The translations under genes and the position numbers were made by a program. The notes beneath the pieces were generated by a model, which was given only the letters and a program-made list of their open reading frames with translations, was not told where the DNA came from and did no database searches. A stretch of DNA of 64,000 bases, from contig NW_005434630.1 of the NCBI RefSeq assembly GCF_000315625.1, positions 508,711-572,710 of the forward strand, written 5' to 3'. The stretch is from Guillardia theta CCMP2712 (lineage: Eukaryota > Protista > Cryptophyta). Positions 39,139 through 51,638 of this stretch are shown piece by piece. Within the stretch, counting starts at the first letter, position 1. Every line of letters starts with the position of its first letter.

Positions 39139-39381
39139 ATGTTGTCTCGGCTCCTGCTGTCTGTGTTGTCCGTCGATCCATCAGTTCCTCTCTTCGGAGA
39201 GAAGCCGTATCCCTATGGTGAGGGCGAGGTGGAAAGAGTGAAGTACCCTTGCACGTCTTTCGGCAAGGGAGGAAGTGATCAAGGATGTCCTGACTGCATG
39301 AATGAGCCGCCGACCGGAACTTGGTACTTCTACATGGATCCGACCTGGGATTTTTCGGCGGACGAACCGAAGAAGCGTTGA
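39139..39381 (+). CDS. Small hypothetical Cys-containing protein or final exon of a gene starting near 38696
   Basis: 80-aa ORF with protein-like composition (YPCTSFGKGGSDQGCPDCMNEPP..WYFYMDPTWDF). Confidence 0.35.
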   Translation: MLSRLLLSVLSVDPSVPLFGEKPYPYGEGEVERVKYPCTSFGKGGSDQGCPDCMNEPPTGTWYFYMDPTWDFSADEPKKR

Positions 39382-39461
39382 AGATTGATTGTGACAGAAA
39401 TAAAATTTTGAACTGCTAAATGTGGTTCGAGACATTTACAAATGATATCCGATCTAGGGTT

Positions 39462-40854
39462 TCAGGCTGCACAGACGCAATTGCCGTTGTTGCAGGTGGA
39501 GCATTCGCTGCCAAGAGTCGTGCAGTTGAACACGCAACGACCTGACTTGCAAGTGTAGGAGGAGTAGCTTGGAGGCCGATTGCTAGAATCTCCGCAATGT
39601 TCCCCGACTTGTCGAGGTGTCGCGCATCGACAGTTGTTGCCAGCACAGTTAGGGCAGAAGTTGGGATCCGAACACATGAAGCCACAGATTTCTCCTCTGG
39701 CGCACTCCGCAGAGAAGTGGAAGGGGTTGCTGTGCTTCGACGCGTCTGAGAAGCTTGCCCCACAAGTCCTGGCTCGGCGGCTGTCGGCTCGACCCTCAGT
39801 CAACATCTCATCGCGCAGTGCGACAGCAACGGCGGGAGGAGGAAGTTCGCAATGGTCCCATCGAGCTCTATCCCCAGATGTCTGGATGTATCCTGCTTGC
39901 CCACATTCTCCTCTGGTCTTGCACCACGAGGTTCCCTTGCTGCCTGGAACCGCCACACACTGTCGATGTACTCGTCCCTTGTACAGGAAAGGGAAGTCGC
40001 ACTCGCAGCCCTTGACTGTCCGAACCATCGGGTCCTCGCAGTAATCCCACGAGCCCTCTGCCTCCGTGTGTCCGCATCCATCATGCGTGTAGCACCAGGC
40101 GCGATCGCGTCCTCTCCTTGTGCAAGAGTGGAAGACCTCCCCCTCGTATTCAAATGAGCCCTTGCAGGAGCACCCGCCAACCGTGCCGGTGCCCCCGCGC
40201 CTTCTCCTCTTCTCATTGCTGACGCTGCTCTTCTCTGGCGAGTTGAGACTGTGAAGCTTGGAGGGATGGGAGCGCAGGCTCGTCTCTTTCGGCTGCAGAA
40301 CCTCTTCAACCGCGTTCATCGCTGCCTTGGTGATGTCTCGGCTCACTATCGTTTCAGGAGCTTCGTAACTTCTGGGTAGCGACGGATTCTCCTGCTCTTC
40401 AGCTGGTTCCAACAGGTTCAGCATCGCGTGTTGGATTGAGTTTGAGACAATTTGCTGCACAGCCGACGGGTTATAGCTCGCTACACGCGACTGTTCGACC
40501 CCGGACCAGGAGCCGTCGCGTGGGTGATAATGAGCTATCCTCTTGATGCGCAAGTTGCCCTGTAGGCGCTTTCAGAACAGAAGGCAAGAGGGCAAGAGGA
40601 GGAGCTACCTGCACATACTCTCCGTTGACTACTCCATGTACACTGGCGAGGCCTGAATCATGACTACCGGGGGGAAAGTAAACCTTGTCGATGACTATGT
40701 TCTTCATCAAGGGGTTCCCTGGGCCCAGATGAACGCGGACATGACGGGACGTCTGTAACAGAGAGGAGATGCTCGAACGCTGGCTTAGAGATAGCAACAC
40801 GACAGCACAGGCAGAGAGGAAAGCCAGCCCACAAGCAACATGCTTCATCTGCAT
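39462..40854 (-). CDS. Secreted or membrane-anchored protein with two fibronectin type II-like domains and Cys-rich tail
   Basis: Hydrophobic leader; CSCKGSFEYEGEVFHSCT...AWC...WDYC and CECDFPFLYKGRVHRQC...SWC...WDHC; one intron near 40570-40610. Confidence 0.7.
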
Positions 40855-41140
40855 CCTCCCTCCTGGTGTGACTAGCAGGGTCTCAGAATCGAGAGCAGCC
40901 GGTCAATCTCCGAGCATGGTGTGATCTCCTACCTCTCGTTCATGCCTCGTCCTCTCCCTCGATCGCCCAACCCGCTCTGCTTCCTCCTACTCCTGTCGCG
41001 TCTCCTCACTCCCCTTCCAACAACACCACCCCAACCATTGAAGTACCCTACCCATCCTTTGTATGTAATAATGTCAAAATATAACCCCCACACAAATACC
41101 CCTACCCCCTGGGGACGAAATTCCTTGGAAACGAGGAGAC

Positions 41141-41461
41141 ATGGCAAGGGCGAGATGGTTGGTGGTGGCGGCGATGGCGGCGATGGCGATCCTCGGGCAC
41201 AGCACGAGAGCTGCTGAATGTTACGACAAGCCGGGATGGCACAGCCCGCAGAACGACTTGGTGACATGCTCGTGGTTTGCGGCGCCTCCAAAGAACGACG
41301 AGTACAACAAGTGCTCCACCTTCAACCGAGCCTTCGACGTGTACGATGGGCACACGGCGAGCTCAGCATGCTGTACATGTGGTGGAGGTTGTAGACCGGC
41401 AATCCTGACAGGAAATGATCCATCGTGTAACGTCTCGTGGGTGTACACTGGCACCGTGTAG
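41141..41461 (+). CDS. Small secreted cysteine-rich protein
   Basis: Signal peptide followed by CYDKPGW...C..F...C...ASSACCTCGGG module; intronless ORF. Confidence 0.7.
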   Translation: MARARWLVVAAMAAMAILGHSTRAAECYDKPGWHSPQNDLVTCSWFAAPPKNDEYNKCSTFNRAFDVYDGHTASSACCTCGGGCRPAILTGNDPSCNVSWVYTGTV

Positions 41462-42252
41462 CGATACCGCAGATGTCACCTGTGCACAATGTAGACAGCG
41501 CCAGTACACGACTGGTTGATTGGCGTTACTAGGATACTATGCTGTTTCCTTCCCTCCTTGGGAGATCAACCTTCACCCCCCCTCTCTTAACGTTTCTGCA
41601 AACGAATGCTGTGTCAATAACTGTACAATAAACTCTTTCTTTACCAAGACAACGGAAATGCGATTTACATCCTCGTGCTCTAACTCGGCAAGGCATCGAC
41701 GTTTGCTCGACTTCACGTCCTTGTCTCTGATTGCTCGCACGGCTTCTAAGTTCGGATGGATGGAACGAGTGACGATGAGACCTCTAGCACGATGCCTGTT
41801 GAAATAAACGTTGGCGGTGGGAAGGGAAGGGTTGGGATGGGGATTGGAATTGGAATGGAATGGGGAAGGGGGAAAGAGGAACAAGAAAGAGATCGTCAGA
41901 GCAAGAATGAAAGAATGAAGGTCTTGCAGGTGTGTATGAAGACAGCATCTACTCGATACTTGTTTTCTCCTCTCGGCGTTGCGAGAGCCACTCGCATTGC
42001 CCTCTAGAATGACAAGCATCATCGAGCGTGTGCCAGACGAAGAAAAGGAGGAGAAGGAGGCTGTCATGGGATGATCTTTCTTTTCTGCTTACTGAGGTGC
42101 CGAATGGCGTCGATGTCCTGCCCTTTGCTCTCTGTCAACTCTACGGTGCTACATGCGAGATCACCTCCTCATGGTTTTCAACGCGTTCTTTATTATCTTC
42201 TGCTCTCTGTCAACTCTACATCACCTCTCTGTATGGTTTCTCTCCCCACCCC

Positions 42253-42624
42253 TCAGTCCTTGGTGAGTTGCTTCAGCTCAGCTTCAAGCTGCTCCCTTGC
42301 TTGATCGATCTTGATGATGTCCGGGTGCTCTTCCAACGCCTTGTTGAGGTCTTTGGGTTTTGCTTTCACTTTCTTTGCCAGAGATGTCGAATTCTCCACG
42401 ATGCGGCTGCGAAACTCCAAAAGCTCCGCAAGCACTGACCTGATCTCGTCAGCTCTGGTACCCGCGCTGTTCGCGTCGCACATGGAGACCTTCAAAGGAG
42501 AGCGGTTGACCAGAGCATTCTGAGACAGAGGGAGACGAAGCGAGAGGGAGGGCGAGGGCGAGGGGGCGAGGAAGGCAGAGGCAGCTGACGCCATGAGCGC
42601 GAGGCCAGCGACTCGTCGTGCCAT
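42253..42624 (-). CDS. Small plastid-targeted helical protein, resembling a cyanobacterial conserved hypothetical protein
   Basis: Signal peptide ending ASA-FLAP, Ser/Pro/Arg transit peptide, mature ELLEFRSRIVE...AKKVKA...LEEHPDIIKIDQA. Confidence 0.75.
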   Translation of the reverse strand: MARRVAGLALMASAASAFLAPSPSPSLSLRLPLSQNALVNRSPLKVSMCDANSAGTRADEIRSVLAELLEFRSRIVENSTSLAKKVKAKPKDLNKALEEHPDIIKIDQAREQLEAELKQLTKD

Positions 42625-42921
42625 GGCGGCCGATAAATGTGTCAGAGAAGCTTTCGGAGACAGCAGCACTACCCTACCATCAAGACCACCCTCCTGCTTG
42701 ACTACCCCTCCATTCATCACAGCAAGCCTTCTATGACCCCTTTTTTCCCTGTTGTAAAACCCGTACCTTGACTACCCACAAATGGCTACACCCACCCCCA
42801 CCCCCATTCACTCGAAAACAACTGTCCTGGTCAACAGTCCTATGAGGACCCTGAGGCAAGCCCGTATTTTCATTAACTAAAACATCACTCTAGCAGGAAG
42901 CATCAGTGAGTCATAGAACAT

Positions 42922-44278
42922 CTAGCGGGCGATGCTGCTGCGACTTCCTTTCCTGCTGAGAGTCGCGGTGTAGGAAGTTCTCGTAGACTCTGACCGCCAG
43001 TCCGTCCCCTCCCCGTCAGAGTCAAAGGAGTCCGGTGAGTCCTCCCGGGTGAAGGCGTAGAGTAGCTTGCTCGTGTGCGCGCTGGAGAGCTCGCTGGTGA
43101 CCAGCTTCTGTTGTACGAACGTGGTGACCACGTCCTCAGCCTGCAGCTCCTCCTGTGCAAGCAACTGTCACAACAGCGAAGAGAAGATGGTCACAGGAAG
43201 ATGATGCATACTTCGTCCTCCTCCTCATCTGATGCAGACAGGACGACCTGCGGCTTCGGATTCGGAGCGAGCCTCCTTTCAGCAAGCTCAATGTAGTCGA
43301 CCTCCATCTCCCTGGTCGCGTCCTTCCTCCTCACTCGCAAGTTGTGCCTGCACCATCTCAGCACATCTCCTTCGACACCTTCGACGCACTTCTGCAGCTT
43401 GACAAGAAAATCTTTCTCAGCTTGTTCCAAGGTAGGGACTGAGTCTTCTCTGCAGCTACCATCAGGTTCTCGTGCATCAGAGGAAGGAAGAACAATGGAA
43501 GAACACGCTTGCTCCGCACCTCCCCGTCAACTTCTGTTTCTGCTGCTTTGAGCTTCTTTCGCGGAGGCTCCTGGACGCCGACGACCCTCGTCTGCCCGTT
43601 CGGCCTAACACCGCGCCTGCGGTTTCACCTGGTCGAGGTTGCTGCTGCTGGAACTTCCCGTCCCCCGTTATGCTGAGGTGTCTCAGGTCGACGATGTCTC
43701 CACTCGCAGTCAGAATTCTCTCTGCCCTCCTCTGCTGGACCTTAGCAGCGCCATATGTGGGGTCCTGACGGTTGGGGCGAATGAGAACGACAGACAGTAC
43801 AAGCCTTGACGAGTGCTACCTGACAAGCGCTTCTTTGCCTGCCCTCGCGTTCTCTCCTCCTCTCCTCCAGCCAAGCGTCTATCGCTCCGCCTGATGGCTG
43901 CGAGGCATGATAGACGACACCGCTGACTTCCTCGAGAGGGAGTACAGGATGACCTTGACCTGCCGCAAAGAGGTCAGGAGTTGCGTCAAAACAAGCAAAA
44001 GCGTGCCGCTTCCTAGACTTGATCGTATTAGTGCCATCTGTGCGACTGCCGTGTCGTGCGCTTGCTGCTCCAACGCCTTGAGCCGCCTCTCAATCCTCTG
44101 CTCGTCCGACTTGTCTGTCTCTGCAGAAGAGCATCAAGAAGAGAAGGAGCCCTGGACGGGAGGGGAGCGTGCCTGAGAGCGGCCAGTGCTCCTTGTACAC
44201 CTGGTACTTGCTGTACGCCATCCTCATGGCGTCCTGCTCCATGCCCGTCGGCATCGGCGGGGTTGGAGGTCTAGCCAT
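42922..44278 (-). CDS. Hypothetical multi-exon protein
   Basis: Chain of open exons with GT-AG introns from MARPPTPPMP to RSSIAR-stop; no domain recognised. Confidence 0.55.
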
Positions 44279-44535
44279 GTTGATGGTGGGTCAGGCAGTG
44301 GAACAGGGGGTAGGGTGATTTAAAAGGGAAAGAGTGGGGTGGGTGGGTAAATTGATAGGCAAGATGCGACCGGATGGAGGCGTGGCGAGGGAGGGGGACG
44401 GGAGGACAAGATGCAGCGGGGAGAGAGGAAGAGAGGAAGAGATACTGAGGAGGAGAGGAAGAGACTGAGATCCCGATGAGGGCGGCGCTGCGTGCCAAGA
44501 CGAGGTCGAGTACTGAGACCAGTTTCGATCCCAAC

Positions 44536-46299
44536 ATGTCTTCCTTGACCCTCCTGCTCTTGACGGTGGTCCTGATGCCCCAAGGAGCGGGTGGTGAAGC
44601 GAACTTGCGCTTGATCGACTCGCATCCTATTGTTGCGCTCACAGCATGTCTGCGGCTGCGAGGAGGATCACAACCTGATGGAGACATGGAGGCCTTCAAG
44701 CGGGAACTTGAACGTTTGAATGAGATGCAGGGGGGGGAGGAGGGGTACGATGCTGAAGTTCGCTCAAGCGACATCAGTGAAGGCACCGACTCAAGTGAGT
44801 GGATCAGCCCGCGTGCTCGTGAGTTGATGTCGGGGGGGCAAAGCAAGCGAGCAGCTCCAGCGGTGGCGCAAGTTTCAACGCCTATGCCTAAGAAGAAGAG
44901 AGCAGAAGTGGTAGAGGAGGAGACCGTTCAAGCCCCAGAGGATCTGCCGCTTGGAGATGGCGCGAGGTGAAGGAGGGAGAGGAGTGAGGAGGAGAGCCTG
45001 ACTTGAAGCAGGTATGATCGGCAAACGCGAGAGCATCTCGTCAGCAAGCACGACGCCAAGGCAGGCATGCGTGTGTCTCTCTCCACCCGCGCGCTTGTCA
45101 ACAGCTCTCGAGCTGATTTCTTCTCGCGCTATCGGTGACGCCCCTCTACCCTCCTTCACCTTCACCCTCCTTCAGCCTCCTCGATCCTGCTCGTTTCTGT
45201 TTCTCTCTTGCTGACGCTCTGCGACGTCAGAGGTCTGGTGGGCGTGTTGGAGGAGCCGGTGGATGAACGTCAGCTGGCCTGGTGCTGGGAGATGCCGGGC
45301 AGGTGCGAGCTGAGAGATGCGCAGGTGGGTGAAGTTTCCAGGGTTCCCTTGCGACTTCTTCATGACGGGGCAAGAGAACGAGTTTCACCTCGCGTATGCT
45401 CGTGAGAAGAACGTGGGGTTCAGCTCGAAATTCATGCAGAAGCACGCCTCCTCCTCCCTCTCCTCCCTCCCAGGTCAGCTCTCCCTGCTTGCAAGGTGAA
45501 TGAAAGCTGGTCAGGGCTGGCCAATCGCTCGAGGCTCGTCACGGACATGCTGTGGAACGCGACGATGACCGGGGATGTCGATGGGATCACAGAAGCGATC
45601 ATGGTGATGAGAGGAGGAGGTAGAAGGGGTGAAGAAGGGGAGGGTAAGGAGGAGGAGGAGGAAGGGGTGAAGAAGGGGAGGGTAAGGAGGAGGAGGAGGA
45701 AGGGGTGAAGAAGGGGAGGGTAAGGAGGAGGAGGAGGAAGAGTTGAGCGCAGGGAGGGATGAGGAGAGAGAGGAGACGAGAGGAAGAGGCAGAGNNNNNN
45801 NNNNNNNNNNNNNNNNNNNNNNNNNNNNNNNNNNNNNNNNNNNNNNNNNNNNNNNNNNNNNNNNNNNNNNNNNNNNNNNNNNNNNNNNNNNNNNGAGGAG
45901 GGGGGAGAGAGAGCAGAGGAGGAGTAGGTGCTGAAGTACGTGCCAGGCGGGAGCGGATGTGAACTCAAAGCGAATGGTCGGAGCGATTTTGAGCACACCC
46001 CTGCATCAAGCCATCTTCTTTGGAAATGTAATCCACTCCCTCCCTCTCTGAGTTCTCAAGTTTTCTCGAATCTCTGTCCCCTTGTGTCTTACACATGCTC
46101 GCTCTTGTCCTGACACAATCTCTCTCCCCGCTCTCTCTTCTCATCTTAGCATCTTGTTCTTGCTCGTCTCCTTGCGCACAACGCAAACATTAAGGTTGTT
46201 GTCACTTGAACACGAGCTGGATGTTCAGCTGGGGGCTGCAGATGGTGGACGAGTATGGGGCGACTCCTCTACATCATGCGGCAGCACGAGGGGACAGGT

Positions 46300-46340
<41 letters not shown>

Positions 46341-47307
46341 TGAGGACGAGCGATGAAGGAAGAAGAATGCTCTCCAGCTGATGATGATGCAGCCAAGCAG
46401 TTCTGACTCTCCTGGACTCCGGGGCATCGGTAAAACACTTGAAAAGGGAGGTGGGAGAGAAGTGAGTTGGAGGCAGTTGGAGGCCAAGACGAGCATGGGG
46501 TTTACTGCCTTGCACTTGGCTGCTCAAGCCTGCAGCCAGGAGTGCATGCACAGCCTGATCAGCAAGGGCGCTGACGTCAACGCCCTTGACCATGTTCGAA
46601 CCTCACCCCTCCACATCGCCGTGCAGCTGGAGTCTCCTGCCTGCGTCCAGCAGCTCTTGCTAGCAGGTGAAGTTGATGAGGAAGGGACGAGCAGGAGCAG
46701 GATCAGCAGGGTAATCTGAGCGTGTAGGAGCCAACTTGAGGGTGAAGACTATCGACGGCACCACTCCGATAGACTTGGCGAGCCAGCAGCAGGACAAGAA
46801 GCTCTACAACCAGCTGAGGTCAGTCGCTCGCCCTGCTCAAGTGGCTGAGAATGGGAGCAGGAAGATTCTGAGCCTGCAGGAGGAAGGCAAGCTCAAAGAC
46901 GAGCACTTGGCGATCCGCGTGCTTGTCAGCGTCTGCCAGCAGCTGACGGCGGAGGAAGCAGAGCTGCAGGACAACCTGCTGAAGTCACTAGGGGGTCAGA
47001 GAGGCTTGACGAAGCGAGGAGACAGTGCGGGTGCTGCTGATGCTGCTGCTGCTGGGGAGGAGACGAAGTCGAGTGCGGCAAAGCAGGAGGAGGAGGAGAG
47101 GCAGCAGGAGAAGAACGAAAGCTCTGAGAGCTCGTCGGAGTCTGAGGAGGAAACCAAATCCTCCTCCCCCTCCTCTTTGGCATCGCAGCAGGTGACAAGC
47201 GAGTATTGAGGTTCGAGTGGATCCTGAGTTTCTTGCAGAAGGAGAATGAAGAGGAAGGGGAAAAATTTATGGATAGCGACGAGCTGTTCCCCAAGCTCGC
47301 CGTGTAG
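44536..47307 (+). CDS. Ankyrin-repeat protein with signal peptide and LRLRGG motif
   Basis: Leader MSSLTLLLLTVVLM; LRLRGG at 44650-44667; ankyrin motifs GADVN, GATPLHHAA, GFTALHLAA, TSPLHIAV, GTTPIDLA; spans a 100-N gap. Confidence 0.7.
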
Positions 47308-47442
47308 CTCAAGCTCCTCATCCCTTCCTCGACTGATTCTCCCGTTAAAATTCTTCGATCTAGTCGAGTAATTCTTCCCTCCTCATCCTGCTCCGCTCAA
47401 ACCTGCCACGTTTTAACCGCCACCCCCGTCGCCTCTCCTCTC

Positions 47443-50090
47443 TCACAGTCTCGTCAACTTCTCCGCGCTGGAAGTCTTGCTGGGGGGAACACCAACGATG
47501 ACATCGTTCTTGGTGCTCAGCTCAGGGAGCAGCAACTTGAAGCTGAGGAGCCACAGATCAACTCCTCCTCCTCCTCCTCCTCCTCCTCCTCCTCCTCCTC
47601 CTCCTCCTCCTCCTCCTCCTCCTCTCGCTGCTGCTCCTGCAGCTGCCACTGCTGCTCCTGCTGCCACTCGATGCCCTCCTTCATCCTCTCCTCCCATCTT
47701 CCCGCCCCTCGTACTGACAGGAGCGTGACGTAGCCATNNNNNNNNNNNNNNNNNNNNNNNNNNNNNNNNNNNNNNNNNNNNNNNNNNNNNNNNNNNNNNN
47801 NNNNNNNNNNNNNNNNNNNNNNNNNNNNNNNNNNNNNNNNNNNNNNNNNNNNNNNNNNNNNNNNNNNNNNNNNNNNNNNNNNNNNNNNNNNNNNNNNNNN
47901 NNNNNNNNNNNNNNNNNNNNNNNNNNNNNNNNNNNNNNNNNNNNNNNNNNNNNNNNNNNNNNNNNNNNNNNNNNNNNNNNNNNNNNNNNNNNNNNNNNNN
48001 NNNNNNNNNNNNNNNNNNNNNNNNNNNNNNNNNNNNNNNNNNNNNNNNNNNNNNNNNNNNNNNNNNNNNNNNNNNNNNNNNNNNNNNNNNNNNNNNNNNN
48101 NNNNNNNNNNNNNNNNNNNNNNNNNNNNNNNNNNNNNNNNNNNNNNNNNNNNNNNNNNNNNNNNNNNNNNNNNNNNNNNNNNNNNNNNNNNNNNNNNNNN
48201 NNNNNNNNNNNNNNNNNNNNNNNNNNNNNNNNNNNNNNNNNNNNNNNNNNNNNNNNNNNNNNNNNNNNNNNNNNNNNNNNNNNNNNNNNNNNNNNNNNNN
48301 NNNNNNNNNNNNNNNNNNNNNNNNNNNNNNNNNNNNNNNNNNNNNNNNNNNNNNNNNNNNNNNNNNNNNNNNNNNNNNNNNNNNNNNNNNNNNNNNNNNN
48401 NNNNNNNNNNNNNNNNNNNNNNNNNNNNNNNNNNNNNNNNNNNNNNNNNNNNNNNNNNNNNNNNNNNNNNNNNNNNNNNNNNNNNNNNNNNNNNNNNNNN
48501 NNNNNNNNNNNNNNNNNNNNNNNNNNNNNNNNNNNNNNNNNNNNNNNNNNNNNNNNNNNNNNNNNNNNNNNNNNNNNNNNNNNNNNNNNNNNNNNNNNNN
48601 NNNNNNCCCCCTCCGACCTCGGACCTCCGACCTCCGACCCTCCGACCCTCCGACCCTCCGACCCTCCCTCCCCGGGCGACGCTCCTGTCATCGTTCCCTC
48701 CCTCCCTCCTCCCCCCTCCCTCCTCCTCCCCCTCCTCCTCCTCCCCACCGGTTTCACGTTCTTCAGCTGGGCTTCAGCTGACCTCTGCGCGAGGATCTCG
48801 ACCGACTTGCGGTTCATGTCGACGCCGATGAAACGGCAGCCGCTGCTCCTCCTATCAGCCGCGAAGAGGTAGAAGAGCAGCTCACGGCAGCACAGAGGCG
48901 AGAGGGAGGAGGAGATTGCCTGAGCCGCAGCCGAAGTCAACGATGACAGGAGCGTCGCCCTGGTCCTTGAGGTCACTCGGACAGGACAAGTTTGTCGGTC
49001 ACCTCCCAGCCTGCGAGGATTTCTCGGAGGAGGAGGAGGAAACTCTCCACTTGCTTCCTGTCTGCGGGTCAGCAACATCAACGAGAGCAGAAGCAGAAAC
49101 CGCTTCCTCGTCGCTCTGCTCTCCGCTGTCTCCATCTTCCTCTCCCGTCGCCGCTTCCTGCCGTCCTCCTCCTCCTTCAACGTGAAGTCTGGCCGGCAAG
49201 AGCTGGGGATGCTCTCCCAGTCTATCACGAGCTGCTCGGGGCAAGACAGCTCCCGCCAGGCGTCAGTTGAGAGAGGAGGAGGAGCGAGGCGATCGATGAC
49301 CTGAGCCAATTCAGCGGCGACGAGGAGCAAGGCAGCAGAGACAAGCAAGAAGATGAAGACAGAAGAGAGGAGAAGGCGTGGAAGGAGGGAGGAATAGGCA
49401 CTAAAAGGAGGAAGAAGACCTTCTTCAATCCTTCTTGATTTCTGTCGATTTTCCTCCTCCTCTTTCGCGAGTTGTGAGCTTTCCGTACCTCCAGGCGAGT
49501 CTTCTTCTCCTCCTCTTCTCTTCGCCTCCTCTCCTCCTCCTCGGTGTCAAACTCGCTCCGTTTCTTGGCTCTCGACGCTCGGAGCCTCGCGCGCGCTCCC
49601 TCTCCCATCTCCTGTCCCTCGACGCTGTCGATGACGCGCTGGACGAGGGAGGAGTGACGGACCTTGAGGAGCGCGTAGCCCTGGTGCTCCTTGTCTGCGT
49701 CCCTCCTGCTTCTCTTCTCCTCGAACGCCACGACCAGCAGCTCCGAGATCGCGTCGCTGACCCTCCTCTCCTCCTCTCCTTGCAGTGGCAGCTGACCGAG
49801 AAAGCGAGAAAGCGCCGCCTCCACCTTATGCATGGGACTATGCCAGTCAAGGAAGCCGACGTAGACCCAAACGTTCCCGTCCTCCCTCCCTCCCTCTCCT
49901 CCCTCCCCTCCCCTCCCCTTCCCTTCCCCTCCCTCCCTCCTCTCCCTCTCCCCCCCCCGCCCTCCCGAGTGAAGAAGGAGAGCAACGATGCGAGATGATA
50001 CCGCGTGCCTGAGCGGGGAAGATGATGAGAGAACATCTAGAGAGCTCAAAAATGCCTTCACCTGATCTCACTGCTACTCGAACGACGAAA
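47443..50090 (-). CDS. GSTCD-like class I SAM-dependent methyltransferase (partial, interrupted by gaps)
   Basis: IDWESIP..CRP, RATRKR..QVES, motif I VIVDFGCGSGNL, FIGVDMN, C-terminal LPELSTKNDVIVG. Confidence 0.7.
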
Positions 50091-50542
50091 NNNNNNNNNN
50101 NNNNNNNNNNNNNNNNNNNNNNNNNNNNNNNNNNNNNNNNNNNNNNNNNNNNNNNNNNNNNNNNNNNNNNNNNNNNNNNNNNNNNNNNNNNNNNNNNNNN
50201 NNNNNNNNNNNNNNNNNNNNNNNNNNNNNNNNNNNNNNNNNNNNNNNNNNNNNNNNNNNNNNNNNNNNNNNNNNNNNNNNNNNNNNNNNNNNNNNNNNNN
50301 NNNNNNNNNNNNNNNNNNNNNNNNNNNNNNNNNNNNNNNNNNNNNNNNNNNNNNNNNNNNNNNNNNNNNNNNNNNNNNNNNNNNNNNNNNNNNNNNNNNN
50401 NNNNNNNNNNNNNNNNNNNNNNNNNNNNNNNNNNNNNNNNNNNNNNNNNNNNNNNNNNNNNNNNNNNNNNNNNNNNNNNNNNNNNNNNNNNNNNNNNNNN
50501 NNNNNNNNNNNNNNNNNNNNNNNNNNNNNNNNNNNNNNNNNN

Positions 50543-50693
50543 AGCCTGTGGCGTTCCGCCTCGCATCATCACCCAAGTCCACCAAGCTTCCGCCCGGTGA
50601 GCAATGGCGACCGCCACCTTGAAGTCGGCGCAGGATCGGCATTGGTAAAGATGGGCCCTCGGCCTCGCCCGCACAGTCCAGACACACTCCCCC
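50543..50693 (-). ncRNA. 7SL: SRP RNA (7SL), internal fragment between gaps
   Basis: Same sequence as the helix 5/6 region of complete copies. Confidence 0.7.
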
Positions 50694-51369
50694 NNNNNNN
50701 NNNNNNNNNNNNNNNNNNNNNNNNNNNNNNNNNNNNNNNNNNNNNNNNNNNNNNNNNNNNNNNNNNNNNNNNNNNNNNNNNNNNNNNNNNNNNNNNNNNN
50801 NNNNNNNNNNNNNNNNNNNNNNNNNNNNNNNNNNNNNNNNNNNNNNNNNNNNNNNNNNNNNNNNNNNNNNNNNNNNNNNNNNNNNNNNNNNNNNNNNNNN
50901 NNNNNNNNNNNNNNNNNNNNNNNNNNNNNNNNNNNNNNNNNNNNNNNNNNNNNNNNNNNNNNNNNNNNNNNNNNNNNNNNNNNNNNNNNNNNNNNNNNNN
51001 NNNNNNNNNNNNNNNNNNNNNNNNNNNNNNNNNNNNNNNNNNNNNNNNNNNNNNNNNNNNNNNNNNNNNNNNNNNNNNNNNNNNNNNNNNNNNNNNNNNN
51101 NNNNNNNNNNNNNNNNNNNNNNNNNNNNNNNNNNNNNNNNNNNNNNNNNNNNNNNNNNNNNNNNNNNNNNNNNNNNNNNNNNNNNNNNNNNNNNNNNNNN
51201 NNNNNNNNNNNNNNNNNNNNNNNNNNNNNNNNNNNNNNNNNNNNNNNNNNNNNNNNNNNNNNNNNNNNNNNNNNNNNNNNNNNNNNNNNNNNNNNNNNNN
51301 NNNNNNNNNNNNNNNNNNNNNNNNNNNNNNNNNNNNNNNNNNNNNNNNNNNNNNNNNNNNNNNNNNNNN

Positions 51370-51638
51370 GGGCTCCGGGTGATCCGCCCCCCAATTCACC
51401 CACGTGATCGCTTCACTGATGACGGCGGAGACTTTTCCTTGCTCTGTTTCCAGCCTGTGGCGTTCCGCCTCGCATCATCACCCAAGTCCACCAAGCTTCC
51501 GCCCGGTGAGCAATGGCGACCGCCACCTTGAAGTCGGCGCAGGATCGGCATTGGTAAAGATGGGCCCTCGGCCTCGCCCGCACAGTCCAGACACACTCCC
51601 CCCGCTCGGGCTACAGCCAGGCGCGACCCTGGCCGGGA
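51370..51638 (-). ncRNA. 7SL: SRP RNA (7SL), 3' end lost in gap
   Basis: Alu domain, helix 6 and helix 8 present. Confidence 0.8.

Noticed and set aside
41520-42250. Possible additional gene between the Cys-rich protein and the plastid protein
   Set aside because: Several short ORFs on both strands, but I could not support any coherent model
47681-51403. Long ORFs spanning N runs
   Set aside because: Artefacts of assembly gaps
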